DNA of 64,000 nt from Nitrosopumilus sp. (GTDB taxonomy: Archaea > Thermoproteota > Nitrososphaeria > Nitrososphaerales > Nitrosopumilaceae). Positions 32,773-43,248 of the stretch are shown one piece after another (the first letter of the stretch is position 1; every line of letters begins with the position of its first letter). A program made the position numbers and the translations under genes. The notes below the pieces were generated by a model that was not told the origin of the DNA, made no database searches, and worked only from the letters and a program-made list of their open reading frames with translations. The stretch covers positions 1-64,000 of the forward strand of contig CBDBGZ010000008.1 in NCBI GenBank assembly GCA_965205425.1, read 5' to 3'.

Positions 32773-34770
32773 ATGATAAATATTTATTTTTCTAAAACTG
32801 ATTCGAATACTTATCAGATTAAAACTGATGAAGAACTTCATACATTTTTCATACCTACATTGAATGCTTATAATTTTAAAAACACTAGTGAAAATTTATG
32901 GGAAAATATTTCCGATGATGATTATATTATTTCTCAAATGTATAACTTGTTTACGTGTCCTGGTTATAGCATTATCCCAAATCCCAAAATTAAAGAAATT
33001 AAAGAAAAATTTGAACAACAGCAAAAAGATTATCAAAAATTTACAGAACTCGGCATTAAATTAAAGGAAAATAAAAATCCAGAATTACCTAAAATAGAAT
33101 TAAAAAAAGGAATTACTCTGGAATCTTTTCAAAAAATGTCCATTAATCATATGATTAACATACCTAATTCTGCAAATTTCTCCATTCCAGGTTCTGGAAA
33201 AACATTAATGACATTATCTGCATTTAATATTTTAAAAAATCAATCTAAAATAGATCAAATGTGGGTAATTGGTCCATTGGCTTCATTTAAAGCATGGGAG
33301 ATAGATTACGAAAATCTATTTGGTAAATCAATATCGTCTCATACCCTTCGTTATCATGCGAGGACCCCTGCAGAACGTAAAAAATTAAGAAATAAGATCA
33401 AAGACAAAGATATCATCATTACATCATATGGTACTGCAACTAATGATATTGATTTAATTAAATCCTTATGGGAATCCAATGACAAAAAAATATTATTGGT
33501 ACTTGATGAATCACATCACATAAAAAATATTAGAGAAACTACTGTAGATGGAAATGATACTCTTTCTAGTAAAATAATTCAATTAGGGAAATCTGCTGAA
33601 AGAAGATGTATTTTAACTGGAACTCCAATTCCCAGAGATTTAACCGATCTCTGGTCACAAATTACATTTTTGTGGCCACATATTGAACCATTTAAAGATC
33701 GTAGAGAATTTGGACGGAGATTAAAAGATTTTGAAGGATTTGTTGAAGATGAAATTAAAAAAGATATTGAGTTTATGTGGAGCAGAGTTACAAATAAGCA
33801 AATGGAACCTAAAATGCCAGAAAGATTCTATGAAACGATTGAAATTAAAATGGATTCAACTCAACAACAAATCTATTCTATAATTAGAGAGCAAATGATA
33901 CATGAAATGGATCAAGGTAGAAATCAAGATGCAATTAGAAAGTTAAAAAAAGCACGAATTATAAGATTATTACAAACCGTAACAAATCCTAGATTGATAT
34001 CTGAAAACGATCCTGATTTTCGTTATGATAAATTAACCGTAACAAAAAAAGGAGATAAGGACATTCTACATCTTCTTTCAGAATATGATGATACTAAAAC
34101 TACTCCAAAAATCATTGCTGCGGCAAAACATGCACGAGAATTAGCTACAGGGATTGGTTTACGTGCATTAAATAAGAAACCAAAAAATGTATTAATTTTT
34201 ACTATGTTTAAGGGTACGGCGAAAGATTTATCTGAAGAATTAAATGATCAAAATCCACTAATAGTTACCGGTGATCTTGATGCAAAGATTAGAGAAGAAA
34301 CATATGAGAAATTCAAAGATTGGAATTTTAAAAATGGATCTGGCAAAATTTTAATTGCAACTGTTGGTTCAATAGCAGAATCAGTATCATTGCATAAAAA
34401 TAAAGAAGGAAAATCTGTATGTCAAACTGTGATTTATTTAGAGAGAAATTATAATGCCGGACAATATATGCAGTCCCTTTTTCGTGTTTACCGTATAGGT
34501 TCAAACAAAGATTTACCTGTTCGTTATTATTTTTATCAAAGTACATTTGATGATGGAACTGATTCTATTGATGGTAGAATTCATGATATCTTAGATAATA
34601 GAACTACAACCATGTTTGAAATGTTAAATGATGAATTTAACATACAACCAATGTCATTAGGAATAGATCAAGGCGAAAAAAGAGATGAGGATGATAAAGA
34701 TGAAGACATGGAAGATATTGAAGATGAAATTTATCAAAAAGAAATTTCAAATGGGGATTGGCTTAATTAA
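32773..34770 (+). CDS. SNF2-family helicase/ATPase
   Basis: PGSGKT, LDESHHIKN, LTGTP and QSLFRVYRIG. Confidence 0.9.
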   Translation: MINIYFSKTDSNTYQIKTDEELHTFFIPTLNAYNFKNTSENLWENISDDDYIISQMYNLFTCPGYSIIPNPKIKEIKEKFEQQQKDYQKFTELGIKLKENKNPELPKIELKKGITLESFQKMSINHMINIPNSANFSIPGSGKTLMTLSAFNILKNQSKIDQMWVIGPLASFKAWEIDYENLFGKSISSHTLRYHARTPAERKKLRNKIKDKDIIITSYGTATNDIDLIKSLWESNDKKILLVLDESHHIKNIRETTVDGNDTLSSKIIQLGKSAERRCILTGTPIPRDLTDLWSQITFLWPHIEPFKDRREFGRRLKDFEGFVEDEIKKDIEFMWSRVTNKQMEPKMPERFYETIEIKMDSTQQQIYSIIREQMIHEMDQGRNQDAIRKLKKARIIRLLQTVTNPRLISENDPDFRYDKLTVTKKGDKDILHLLSEYDDTKTTPKIIAAAKHARELATGIGLRALNKKPKNVLIFTMFKGTAKDLSEELNDQNPLIVTGDLDAKIREETYEKFKDWNFKNGSGKILIATVGSIAESVSLHKNKEGKSVCQTVIYLERNYNAGQYMQSLFRVYRIGSNKDLPVRYYFYQSTFDDGTDSIDGRIHDILDNRTTTMFEMLNDEFNIQPMSLGIDQGEKRDEDDKDEDMEDIEDEIYQKEISNGDWLN

Positions 34771-34779
34771 ATCGACAGC

Positions 34780-35751
34780 ATGAACTTAAAAATTTCTAAT
34801 TTGATGCATATTTTAAAATATTTTAATGATTTTAAATTTATAGAAAAAGAAATAGTATTTTTTCAATTAAATAATGATAAAATAGAAATCCCTGTTAATT
34901 GGGTTCAAATATATGATTTGGGAATAAAATTAAATTTTTTAAATGAAAATAACAATAAGATCCAGATTACATCTAAAGGAAAAATATTCTATTCAATGTC
35001 ACATAATTTTTCAGGATTAAATCATGAACAAAAAATATTTACTTTTAAAAATGGAATTTTAAATAATCTATCATTTGAATCTGTGAATTCTTTTTTGAGA
35101 CTATTTACAATAAATAAAAATGATGTTTTAGAATTGTATACAACAGAGGAAAATTATAAAGAATTAGGATTAGATGACAATATAATTTTATCTGAATTAA
35201 ATGTGTTAAATTATGAAACTAACAAAATAACAATTAATGAAGAATTTGCAGAGATATTATTACATCAAAAATTATTTGGTAAGTCGGAATTATCTCAAGG
35301 TGAATTAGATCGAATCAATGATGAAAAAAAAATCATTGGGGATACCGGTGAGAAATTAACATTAGCATATGAAAAGAAGCAATTTAAAAAGAAGAAATGG
35401 GATTATCAATTCAAAAATGTCCGAATTATAGGTAAAAAAAATGTCCGGGCCGGGTATGATGTTGAATCTTTTTTGACCAAAGATTCGAAACTTGATTTCA
35501 CGGGGATTGCTGATAAGCATATAGAAGTAAAAAGTAGGAAATATGATGAATTTTCTTTTTTTATATCTGCAAATGAATTAAAGATTGGAAAGTTGTTTTC
35601 CAAGATGAAAAATCATGAATATTTGATATATTTTTGGAATAATTTAGGTAGTATGCCTTTGCCTACAACTCCCACAAAAATTATACCCTTTCAAAAATTA
35701 AATATTAAACCTTGTAAAGGATGTTTGAATTATTTGGTTGAACTAAAATAA
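34780..35751 (+). CDS. DUF3883/NOV-type PD-(D/E)xK nuclease domain protein
   Basis: IGDTGE..YE, GYDVES, IEVKS and FFISANE. Confidence 0.8.
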   Translation: MNLKISNLMHILKYFNDFKFIEKEIVFFQLNNDKIEIPVNWVQIYDLGIKLNFLNENNNKIQITSKGKIFYSMSHNFSGLNHEQKIFTFKNGILNNLSFESVNSFLRLFTINKNDVLELYTTEENYKELGLDDNIILSELNVLNYETNKITINEEFAEILLHQKLFGKSELSQGELDRINDEKKIIGDTGEKLTLAYEKKQFKKKKWDYQFKNVRIIGKKNVRAGYDVESFLTKDSKLDFTGIADKHIEVKSRKYDEFSFFISANELKIGKLFSKMKNHEYLIYFWNNLGSMPLPTTPTKIIPFQKLNIKPCKGCLNYLVELK

Positions 35752-35922
35752 TTTTCTAAATATTAAAAATTTTTTATGAATAAATGGGACTTTTTTGAGA
35801 TCAATTATTCTACTAGTCATGTCAAGTTATTCTAAGAATTTTTTAGGTCAAGATGGTATGTGGAACTTAAGAGACCCATACCTGAATTTATCTGGATCTA
35901 GAACTTACTATGGGTATCTTTC

Positions 35923-35969
35923 GGTTCTGGTGGATTCTAGTGATCAGATCACCAAAATGCACCAGAACC
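35923..35969 (+). repeat. 47-bp palindromic mini-element, copy 2
   Basis: GGTTCTGGTGGATTCTAGTGATC-A-GATCACCAAAATGCACCAGAACC; arms 20/23 complementary. Confidence 0.9.
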
Positions 35970-36023
35970 TTCTAAAACTCACATATCATTACCAACAAAA
36001 TCCAAATATTTTACATGATATTA

Positions 36024-36974
36024 TCAATTTGATTTTATGATTAATTCATAAAGGATTTTGATTGCTTGCTCATAGTTACCATTCAATACTTCAGTACATG
36101 ACTCTTTAGCAAAGTTATCTGCGTTTTTTGGTGCAAAGCTATAGTCACACGCATCAAACATAGGCACATCCATTTGAGAATCACCTACTGCAATTTTGAA
36201 TGAATTTCCCCATTTAAGTCGCTTGCCTAATTCTAGTATGGCAGAGCCTTTACTCACATTTGTTTTTGAAATATGATATGAATTCTGGCTTTTATGAACA
36301 GTTATTTTTGCATTGGTTGCTTTTTTTGCTTCTTCTATCTGATTCATTGAAACATCAGACTGCAAGAAAATTATTTCTGTGATTCTTTCTTCCTGTTTCA
36401 TATCTTCTTTAATTTTGTATTTTTCTTGAAGATAAGTGAGGATTTTGTTAGGCTCAGTTTTGTTACCATGTTCCAAATAACCCTCAGTGGTGAATCCCAA
36501 AATTATTCCTCCATTTTCAGCTATGGATGTTTTTTGAATTGGATTGTCATTAACAATCTGTGTCAAATCATAAACAGATCTGCCAGTAGCAACATAGATC
36601 CAAATCCCCCTGTCTTCTATTTTCTGAAAAATTGGTGGTATTGATGGATGAATTGTACTCATACCTCCACGTGTAATTGTACTATCAACGTCAAAGATTA
36701 ATCTGCACGTGTTATTGGACAGAGATTTTTTCATGTTGATATTTTTTACTTTAAGATGTCTTTTTACAACTTTGACATATTCAACACCGCGCATTTTTTC
36801 TACAGTACACTTTATTTTTTTGAATTCTTTAGAATGTGGTTTTAAATCACTAAAATTCAAAAAAATTTCATTCAGTGTACTGTTTGCAGTGGCAACAACA
36901 AATTTCTTCTTTCGTATTTTTGCAAGAACATCATCAAATTTTCCCTTTTTTAAAGATAAGAAGAGATCAACCAC
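36024..36974 (-). CDS. Cof/HAD-IIB phosphatase with an N-terminal Lrp/AsnC-like domain
   Basis: FDVDST, ATGRS, ENGG, SKG and GDSQMD. Confidence 0.85.
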   Translation of the reverse strand: MVDLFLSLKKGKFDDVLAKIRKKKFVVATANSTLNEIFLNFSDLKPHSKEFKKIKCTVEKMRGVEYVKVVKRHLKVKNINMKKSLSNNTCRLIFDVDSTITRGGMSTIHPSIPPIFQKIEDRGIWIYVATGRSVYDLTQIVNDNPIQKTSIAENGGIILGFTTEGYLEHGNKTEPNKILTYLQEKYKIKEDMKQEERITEIIFLQSDVSMNQIEEAKKATNAKITVHKSQNSYHISKTNVSKGSAILELGKRLKWGNSFKIAVGDSQMDVPMFDACDYSFAPKNADNFAKESCTEVLNGNYEQAIKILYELIIKSN

Positions 36975-37008
36975 TATGACGTGTGCAAGTTATAACAAAG
37001 AAATAAAT

Positions 37009-37317
37009 CTATTGTTGGTCTATGACAAAGTGAACATTTGAGATTCCAATAGATTTTTTTGCACTAGTGTGAAGATTCCATAATCCTTGCTCAAATTTTC
37101 TCTCATCTGCAGAATTTACTAAAGCAGTTGCAGCAACACACCATTGTTCACCATGAATTTTCACATTAGTAGTTTGTGCACGTCTAACATTGGGATGTTT
37201 TTCCAACAATGCGTCACGGATTTTTCTACAATCATCATGTTTTCTTTTATTACATTTCAAAAGTATGTATGCATTTTTTAATTCGTTTTTAGATATTTGC
37301 ATTATTATTCCATCCAC
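37009..37317 (-). CDS. Small Lrp/AsnC ligand-binding-like protein
   Basis: AYILLKC start resembles GFILLNC of 52054..52287. Confidence 0.5.
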   Translation of the reverse strand: MDGIIMQISKNELKNAYILLKCNKRKHDDCRKIRDALLEKHPNVRRAQTTNVKIHGEQWCVAATALVNSADERKFEQGLWNLHTSAKKSIGISNVHFVIDQQ

Positions 37318-37755
37318 CTGTTTTGCATAGCAAGTTTTGAAAATCTAAAATGTAATTTAAACCAATGAATTCTGAATTGTGACTTTTATTCTCCTGCAAG
37401 ACATTTGCAATCAAGTTTTGCTCATAATTAACTATGCTCGAATTCATGATATAGTCATTATTCATATACATTATTCTAAAACAAACAAATCATTCTAGTA
37501 CTCTAGAATGATTGTATTATTTCTCCAGGTTCTGTGTCTATGTTTATAAAAAATCTACCAGTAAAGCTTAATGTACAATCATATCTGCTACGATTAATAA
37601 TGAGTGACACTCTCAATGTTTTTGTATTCCCATACTTGTTAATAAAGAAGTTTTTGAGAATTATTCTCAATCCAGTCATTTGATAAAACTGACTGGACAA
37701 ATGTTAAATCAAAAAGAAAACTATCTCAAAAATACAGTGTTGCAAACATAACCAC

Positions 37756-37929
37756 ATGCTATCTGATTTCCTTGTCTTCTTATTCACATATCTATGTGAA
37801 ATCTTTAAAAACATTTGCACTCTTTTGCAACACATGAGAATGGCTACCGCTAGAGATGATCCCATTCATTTTCAAAAGATGAAACCGGACACATATCTAT
37901 TTGAGGATCTCCCTCAGTACCATCTTCAT
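37756..37929 (-). mobile_element. IS110 remnant spanning the A/B element junction
   Basis: Reverse complement of 48056-48229; cut by the GGTTCTGG end motif at 37930. Confidence 0.9.
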
Positions 37930-37953
37930 GGTTCTGGTGCATTTTGGTGATCT
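37930..37953 (+). repeat. GGTTCTGGTGCATTTTGGTGATCT end motif
   Basis: Matches one arm of the 47-bp element. Confidence 0.85.
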
Positions 37954-38157
37954 GTACAACAAATCATGAAATGTGAGTCTTTTTACAATTATCTTTATAT
38001 TGATATTTCTTTGTGATATGATTAGAACATGAATAAGCAATATCTGATAGTGATATCTGCAATAATATCTATAATGCAGTTAGACAAAAAATAAACAAAC
38101 GTTGATAATGTTTCTGTGATTCAATAATCCTAAAACCTAATTGCTAAATATAATAGT

Positions 38158-38648
38158 AACCATATGTGAATAAACAACGAAATTTAGATGGTACTGCTGA
38201 TTCTATAGTTTCTAAAAGATACACCTCCAAGAAAAAACCAAAGAAAATCATTAGGACTAGAAAGACAAAACCCATGACCTATGTCGGAATTGATTTGCAC
38301 AAAGAATTCTTACAGGTCGAAACAATGGATGATAAAGGACATACATTATTCAATGAAAAAATTACAAACACCAGAGGGGATATCAAAAAAGCATTTTCTG
38401 CAATCCCAAAAAACTCAAAATGTGTAATGGAATCATCATCTGTCTGGTATGGCGTGTTTAGGTTTCTGCGAGACGAACTAGGATTTGATGTAATACTATC
38501 AAACCCATATCACACAAAAGCAATTGCAGCATCAAAGAAAAAAACTGACAAGATTGATGCTCACATCTTGGCAGATTTGCTAAGAGGAGGATACATCTCA
38601 TCTTGTCATGTACCAGAAAAAGATACCGTGCAAACAAGACAACTGGTG
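38158..38648 (+). pseudogene. IS110-family 5' remnant
   Basis: Left end AACCATATGTG; YVGIDLHK, VMES and KTDKIDA (DEDD domain); truncated. Confidence 0.9.
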
Positions 38649-38761
38649 GTCTGGACCCCTCTAGAGTAGGACCAGTAGCATACATACACTTTTCAGATAA
38701 CTTGGGAGGTTTACTTTCATGGTAAAGAGCAAGTGATATGTTTACAATATTGGGCATTATT

Positions 38762-38901
38762 AGACGTCTTGCGTAATTATAGAGATTTTTTCTCAAATTT
38801 TGTATTTTAACAGAATTCATACCTGAAAATTCAAATTTCTCAACCAATTTGAAAAATCCTGCAGCAAAATTCACGCCTAGAAATAATTACGCAAGACGTC
38901 T
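38762..38901. mobile_element. 140-bp MITE
   Basis: Perfect 19-bp TIR AGACGTCTTGCGTAATTAT; no cognate transposase in the window. Confidence 0.8.
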
Positions 38902-38937
38902 TTTATATTGGAATAATTTTTGCGATGTGACAATAAC

Positions 38938-39819
38938 ATGAAAAATATTACAAACAAAACAAAGATAATCCTCTTTGCATCCTTGATAACTGCAATGATA
39001 CTTCCATTTAGTACAATGGATTTTGCAGAGGCCAAGAAAGGAGATTTCAAATTTGATAAAGATGATTTGAAAAACGATGTAAAGAAATGGATGAAAGACG
39101 ACAAAGACAAATCCAGAAGTGATAAAGTTGGTGAATTGAAGAACAAATATAATGAATTGCTTAGAGAATCAATTGAAGAAGTTAGACTCGATACTAACAC
39201 TCGTGTATTAACAGAAAATGAGATTAAACAATCAATACACTATATCGTTACTGAGGCAATTAAAGACGAGAAAGAAAAAGATAGAATTTCAAAGTCTGAA
39301 CAAGCTAACGATGAAACACTCTCAACTGATTATCTAGAAGCTTTAGGTATTCAATATGTTGATGCTACATGTCCTTCTACAACAAACCCAACATACAAAC
39401 AAGTATCAATTGACATAGATGGCGGCTCTTATGGAGGTAATACTTTTGGTGGAGACAATGATCTCTATCTAGTGTTATACTCTGATAATGCATCCACTTG
39501 TGAAAGAACCTATACACTCTATTGGTATGATGAAGACCATCCAACTCTTGATTCCTATTATGATGGATTAAGACAAGCTTGGTATGGTAGAACTCATGAT
39601 ATAGAGACATTCACCATCAAAAACAATTCAACTATTGAATTTGATGGAACATGGAGTAATGGCCATAATTTCAATGATACATGTTGGCTAATTGCGGGAT
39701 GCCATGATACTACAACTAAAACATGGTCTGGCGGAAATGTCTATGTTTCAAACACTTGGAATCATATGATGGACACATCAGATACCAATTCTTCACTAAC
39801 CAAGGTCACTGTACCTTAG
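38938..39819 (+). CDS. Secreted protein with type-B leader (KIILFASLI.AMILP)
   Basis: Signal peptide, charged helical pro-region and a Trp/His/Asp-rich C-terminal domain (HDIE, NTWNH). Confidence 0.8.
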   Translation: MKNITNKTKIILFASLITAMILPFSTMDFAEAKKGDFKFDKDDLKNDVKKWMKDDKDKSRSDKVGELKNKYNELLRESIEEVRLDTNTRVLTENEIKQSIHYIVTEAIKDEKEKDRISKSEQANDETLSTDYLEALGIQYVDATCPSTTNPTYKQVSIDIDGGSYGGNTFGGDNDLYLVLYSDNASTCERTYTLYWYDEDHPTLDSYYDGLRQAWYGRTHDIETFTIKNNSTIEFDGTWSNGHNFNDTCWLIAGCHDTTTKTWSGGNVYVSNTWNHMMDTSDTNSSLTKVTVP

Positions 39820-39855
39820 TTATCTTTTTTTTATTAACGCATTAATGAGTTTATT

Positions 39856-40122
39856 ATGATTACTAAAAAGCAAATTATTACAAAATCGCTTGTTTTACTA
39901 GGTATTATATTTTCAATATTTACTCTAATACTACTCACCTCAAACAAAATCTACGCTTTAGGATTTGAGGTCCCTGATATGTTAATTGTAATTGGAATTG
40001 TTCTAGGAGTAATTGGCATTCCACTTTATGTTATAGATAAAAATCCTTTCAGATATGTTATTTTGAGCCCTCCTTTACTATTGTTTCTTTTGTTTCTTTT
40101 GAGAAGTGATCCTTTCAATTGA
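39856..40122 (+). CDS. Small 3-TM membrane protein
   Basis: 88 aa with three hydrophobic segments, 36 bp after the secreted-protein gene. Confidence 0.7.
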   Translation: MITKKQIITKSLVLLGIIFSIFTLILLTSNKIYALGFEVPDMLIVIGIVLGVIGIPLYVIDKNPFRYVILSPPLLLFLLFLLRSDPFN

Positions 40123-40295
40123 TACAATAGATTATTGACATGATTTTTTTTAGAGAATGTTCTCTAGATGAAAATATTTCATGTTGGAGAAGTTGTAAAA
40201 TAATCAATTGTACTGCTGCACCTCACATTCGTTTGGATGTCCATTGGAGCAGTAAATAATAATTTTTGAGATGGAAAATAATGAAGTGTTTCTCA

Positions 40296-40865
40296 TCATT
40301 GTGATTCTCTCCTGACGATTATTTTCTCATTGGAATCATTTCTAGTAATTTTGTACGGTGCTACTGATGATGTGAGTGTGTTTAGATGACGTCTTACTGC
40401 AGGTTCTGAACCATGTCCTATCTTTTGCTTACAGAGATACACTATACTGTATAGTGCATCATTGAACATTACATGTCCATCAGTACTAGTTTCATTTTTC
40501 AGATAGGATTCCACCAAATCATATGTTCCAATGTTAATTCCTATTTCACTGGTGTAATCGTGGTGTGTTGTGTTTGGTTTTTTCACTCGCACAGAAAATT
40601 CTTCTTCATTTAGTTTTAGCTTCTCTGATGCCATTATCTGATAGTCAGTGTTTTTGATCTTTTTGATATTGCATGACTGGTGACAAATTACTATATTTTC
40701 CACGTTGTTATGTGTACGATTGTTATCAAGATGATCAAATGAGAAATGTTTGCCGCTTAGTTGCTGCTTACAGTAGAAACATCGAAAACCACCATCACGA
40801 GCTATAATTATTGGGAGATACTTTTCCTTTTTTGCAGGAGTTAATGAATCCATTATGTATAGCAC
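40296..40865 (-). CDS. HNH endonuclease with a C-terminal winged-helix-like extension
   Basis: RDG..CFYC..FDH..N..N..CH..CN. Confidence 0.8.
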   Translation of the reverse strand: MLYIMDSLTPAKKEKYLPIIIARDGGFRCFYCKQQLSGKHFSFDHLDNNRTHNNVENIVICHQSCNIKKIKNTDYQIMASEKLKLNEEEFSVRVKKPNTTHHDYTSEIGINIGTYDLVESYLKNETSTDGHVMFNDALYSIVYLCKQKIGHGSEPAVRRHLNTLTSSVAPYKITRNDSNEKIIVRRESQ

Positions 40866-41515
40866 TCCTGCTTTTTTATTCTGCGCGTGCGAGTAAAAAT
40901 TTCAAAAAAGAAATAATGAGTAAAAAAATTCATTATTTTACTAGATTCCTCCTCTTTTTGCTGTTTGAAATTTGTTCTACCAAAAATTGTATGGGTGTAT
41001 AACCCGAGTATCCCAAACTGGACAGAATTGGAACCTGGCTTACCTTTTTGAATAGACTATCGTGGGATAGCACATCTGCTTGAGGGGCTGATGTGGCAAG
41101 TAAAGTGGAATTGTTGAAATGAGGATAATTAGGCTCAAAAATCATTAGGAATTACCTCTTGATGGAATAAGAGATAAAAATAAAACCAAAAAGCCAAGAG
41201 CAATTATTCCAAAGAAATTCAATAGAAATCCTCCAATGATTTTTGTGTTCCTGGTTGTGAGAAAATGGATTTTAATTTTCCATAACATTTGAAAAAATTA
41301 GATTTCATTGGATAATCACCTGCTTTGATTTGACAAGTTCCAAAACATGATTCTTAAAATCAGTTCGCCAAAATTCCATATTTTCTAGTGTGATATAGTA
41401 TACTGTACCATCATCAGATAGTTTTGAGAGATATGAATTCTGTTTTAGTAATCTCATGCAATCTTTTATTGTTGCTTGTGATTTTTTCATGGAAAGTGCT
41501 GTAGTGTAAGGCGTA

Positions 41516-42611
41516 TACCTCGGAGCATAATTCTTTGCAATTTTTCAAAACAAATAGCAATACTTTTTGATCAGTAGTTAGAAATAATTTCATGGACATT
41601 ACAAATGACGAGTTACTCCAGGCCTACAAAAAAGAAAAGTACGGTAAGAAAAAGGAAAGACTGCATGCAATGTGTAAGATTAAAATCAACGAATCCACAA
41701 TTGCTGAAACTGCCAACCAAATGTTTTGTACATACAACTCTGTAAGGAACTGGCTTGATTCATTTGAAAAATACGGACTAGAGGGCCTGGAGGACCCCCC
41801 TCGTTCTGGCCGTCCGCCATTAATTTCACACAAAAAATTACAAAAAATAGAGCGTACATTTAAGAAAATTTCAAACGGCATGACTCCAAAAAAACTGGTA
41901 CAATTCATATTTTACAGAACACGCATTACATATCATATCACTCATGTGCGTCCTTTGATGCACAAATGGAATCTAAAACCAAAGGTTCCCCAAAAGGTAC
42001 ATGTGCGAGCAGCATCCAAGGATGTGTGCCGCAAGTGGAAAAACCGCATCATTTCACGCATAGAAAAGGCAAAAAAGAAAGGTTTTACAGTATTCATCCA
42101 AGACGAGTCTGTATTTGTAGACGATGTACGTCTTGGTAAAAAATACTGGACAGATGTACACCAACGAATGATTGTACGTTGGAGAGGATCACACCAAAGA
42201 TTTTTGGTTTATGGGATGGTGACTGATGATAATCAAAGTTTTTTTAGATCGTATGAAAAATTTAATTCAATTGCATTTATGGATTATTTGGAGGCAGCTC
42301 GTAGAAAATTCGGGAAAATATTTGTTATCGTCGATAGGGCACCGCAACACAAAGCTAATGATGTAAAAGAATATCTGCGTAAAAACAAGGATGTCAAACT
42401 GGCATATCTTCCAAGAGGTTCTCCACATTTGAGTATGATTGAAGAGATTTGGAGACAGTGCAAACATGTTAATGTTGAATCAGAATTTTATGAATCTATT
42501 CATGAGATGAGACATACAGTTATGGAATATTTTAGAACCCATAAATTTAATTTGAATATGTATCAGTATTTTGCAAGAACAATAAATTGAAAAGACTTAT
42601 GATCTTGGGTA
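41516..42611 (+). mobile_element. IS630-family IS, intact
   Basis: Transposase 41592..42590 (QDES, VDRA.QH, LPRGSP..IEEIW); imperfect 25-bp TIRs; TA TSD. Confidence 0.95.
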
Positions 42612-42685
42612 TAAGCATTGTATGCAATTAACCTGTACAACATCTCATTGTCCTGAGTTGTAACATTTCTTGATGTGACATCTCC

Positions 42686-42732
42686 GGACGTGGTGTATTT
42701 TGGTGATCTGATCATCTAAATACACCAGAACC
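42686..42732 (-). repeat. 47-bp palindromic mini-element, copy 3
   Basis: Reverse complement GGTTCTGGTGTATTTAGATGATCAGATCACCAAAATACACCACGTCC. Confidence 0.85.
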
Positions 42733-42822
42733 ATTGAGAACATGATCAAATTGAATCAATTACACAACTCATCTAATAATTGAGTTTATCTGATATAAAA
42801 AATTCTCAAAGTCCGTTGGTTC

Positions 42823-43248
42823 GTGACGGCAGCTTGTGTGTTCTTGACTGAATCAATAGGCAAAGGTGATACCCAATCCGTCCTAAAAAAATTCCAAACA
42901 GCAGCTTGTGTGTTCTTGACTGAATCAATAAGCAAAGGCCAGGCTGCAAAGTCATTAGGGATTTCATCTCAGACCTTGAAAAAATACCTTGGATTTGCAG
43001 CAGTTCCAGAGAAACTAAAACAATTTGTTCCAAAAGAGTTGTCTCGTGATGATTGTACTAGATTATATCAAATTGTATCAAATGTACCAAAGGCCGTATC
43101 CATTGCAGAGAAAATTATTCCGTTAGATCAGAAACTACGAAAGGAATACCTCAAGGCTTTAAGTAGATCTCCAAAGTCATCACATCTAAAATTATTAAAA
43201 AGAGCCAGAGCAGGATTACTCCAACAAAGAGTCACAATTGAATTAACT
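42823..43248 (+). pseudogene. Internal fragment of a ParB/Spo0J-like HTH protein gene
   Basis: AAKSLGISSQTLKKYLGFAAVPEKLK is HTH-like; truncated by the IS at 43249. Confidence 0.6.

Noticed and set aside
25262..35751. BREX or DISARM assignment
   Set aside because: No PglZ, BrxC/DUF499 ATPase, DUF1998 or PLD genes visible
8399..42732. 47-bp palindromes as integron attC sites
   Set aside because: No RYYYAAC/GTTRRRY core boxes, no tyrosine integrase in the window, and orientation does not follow single-gene cassettes
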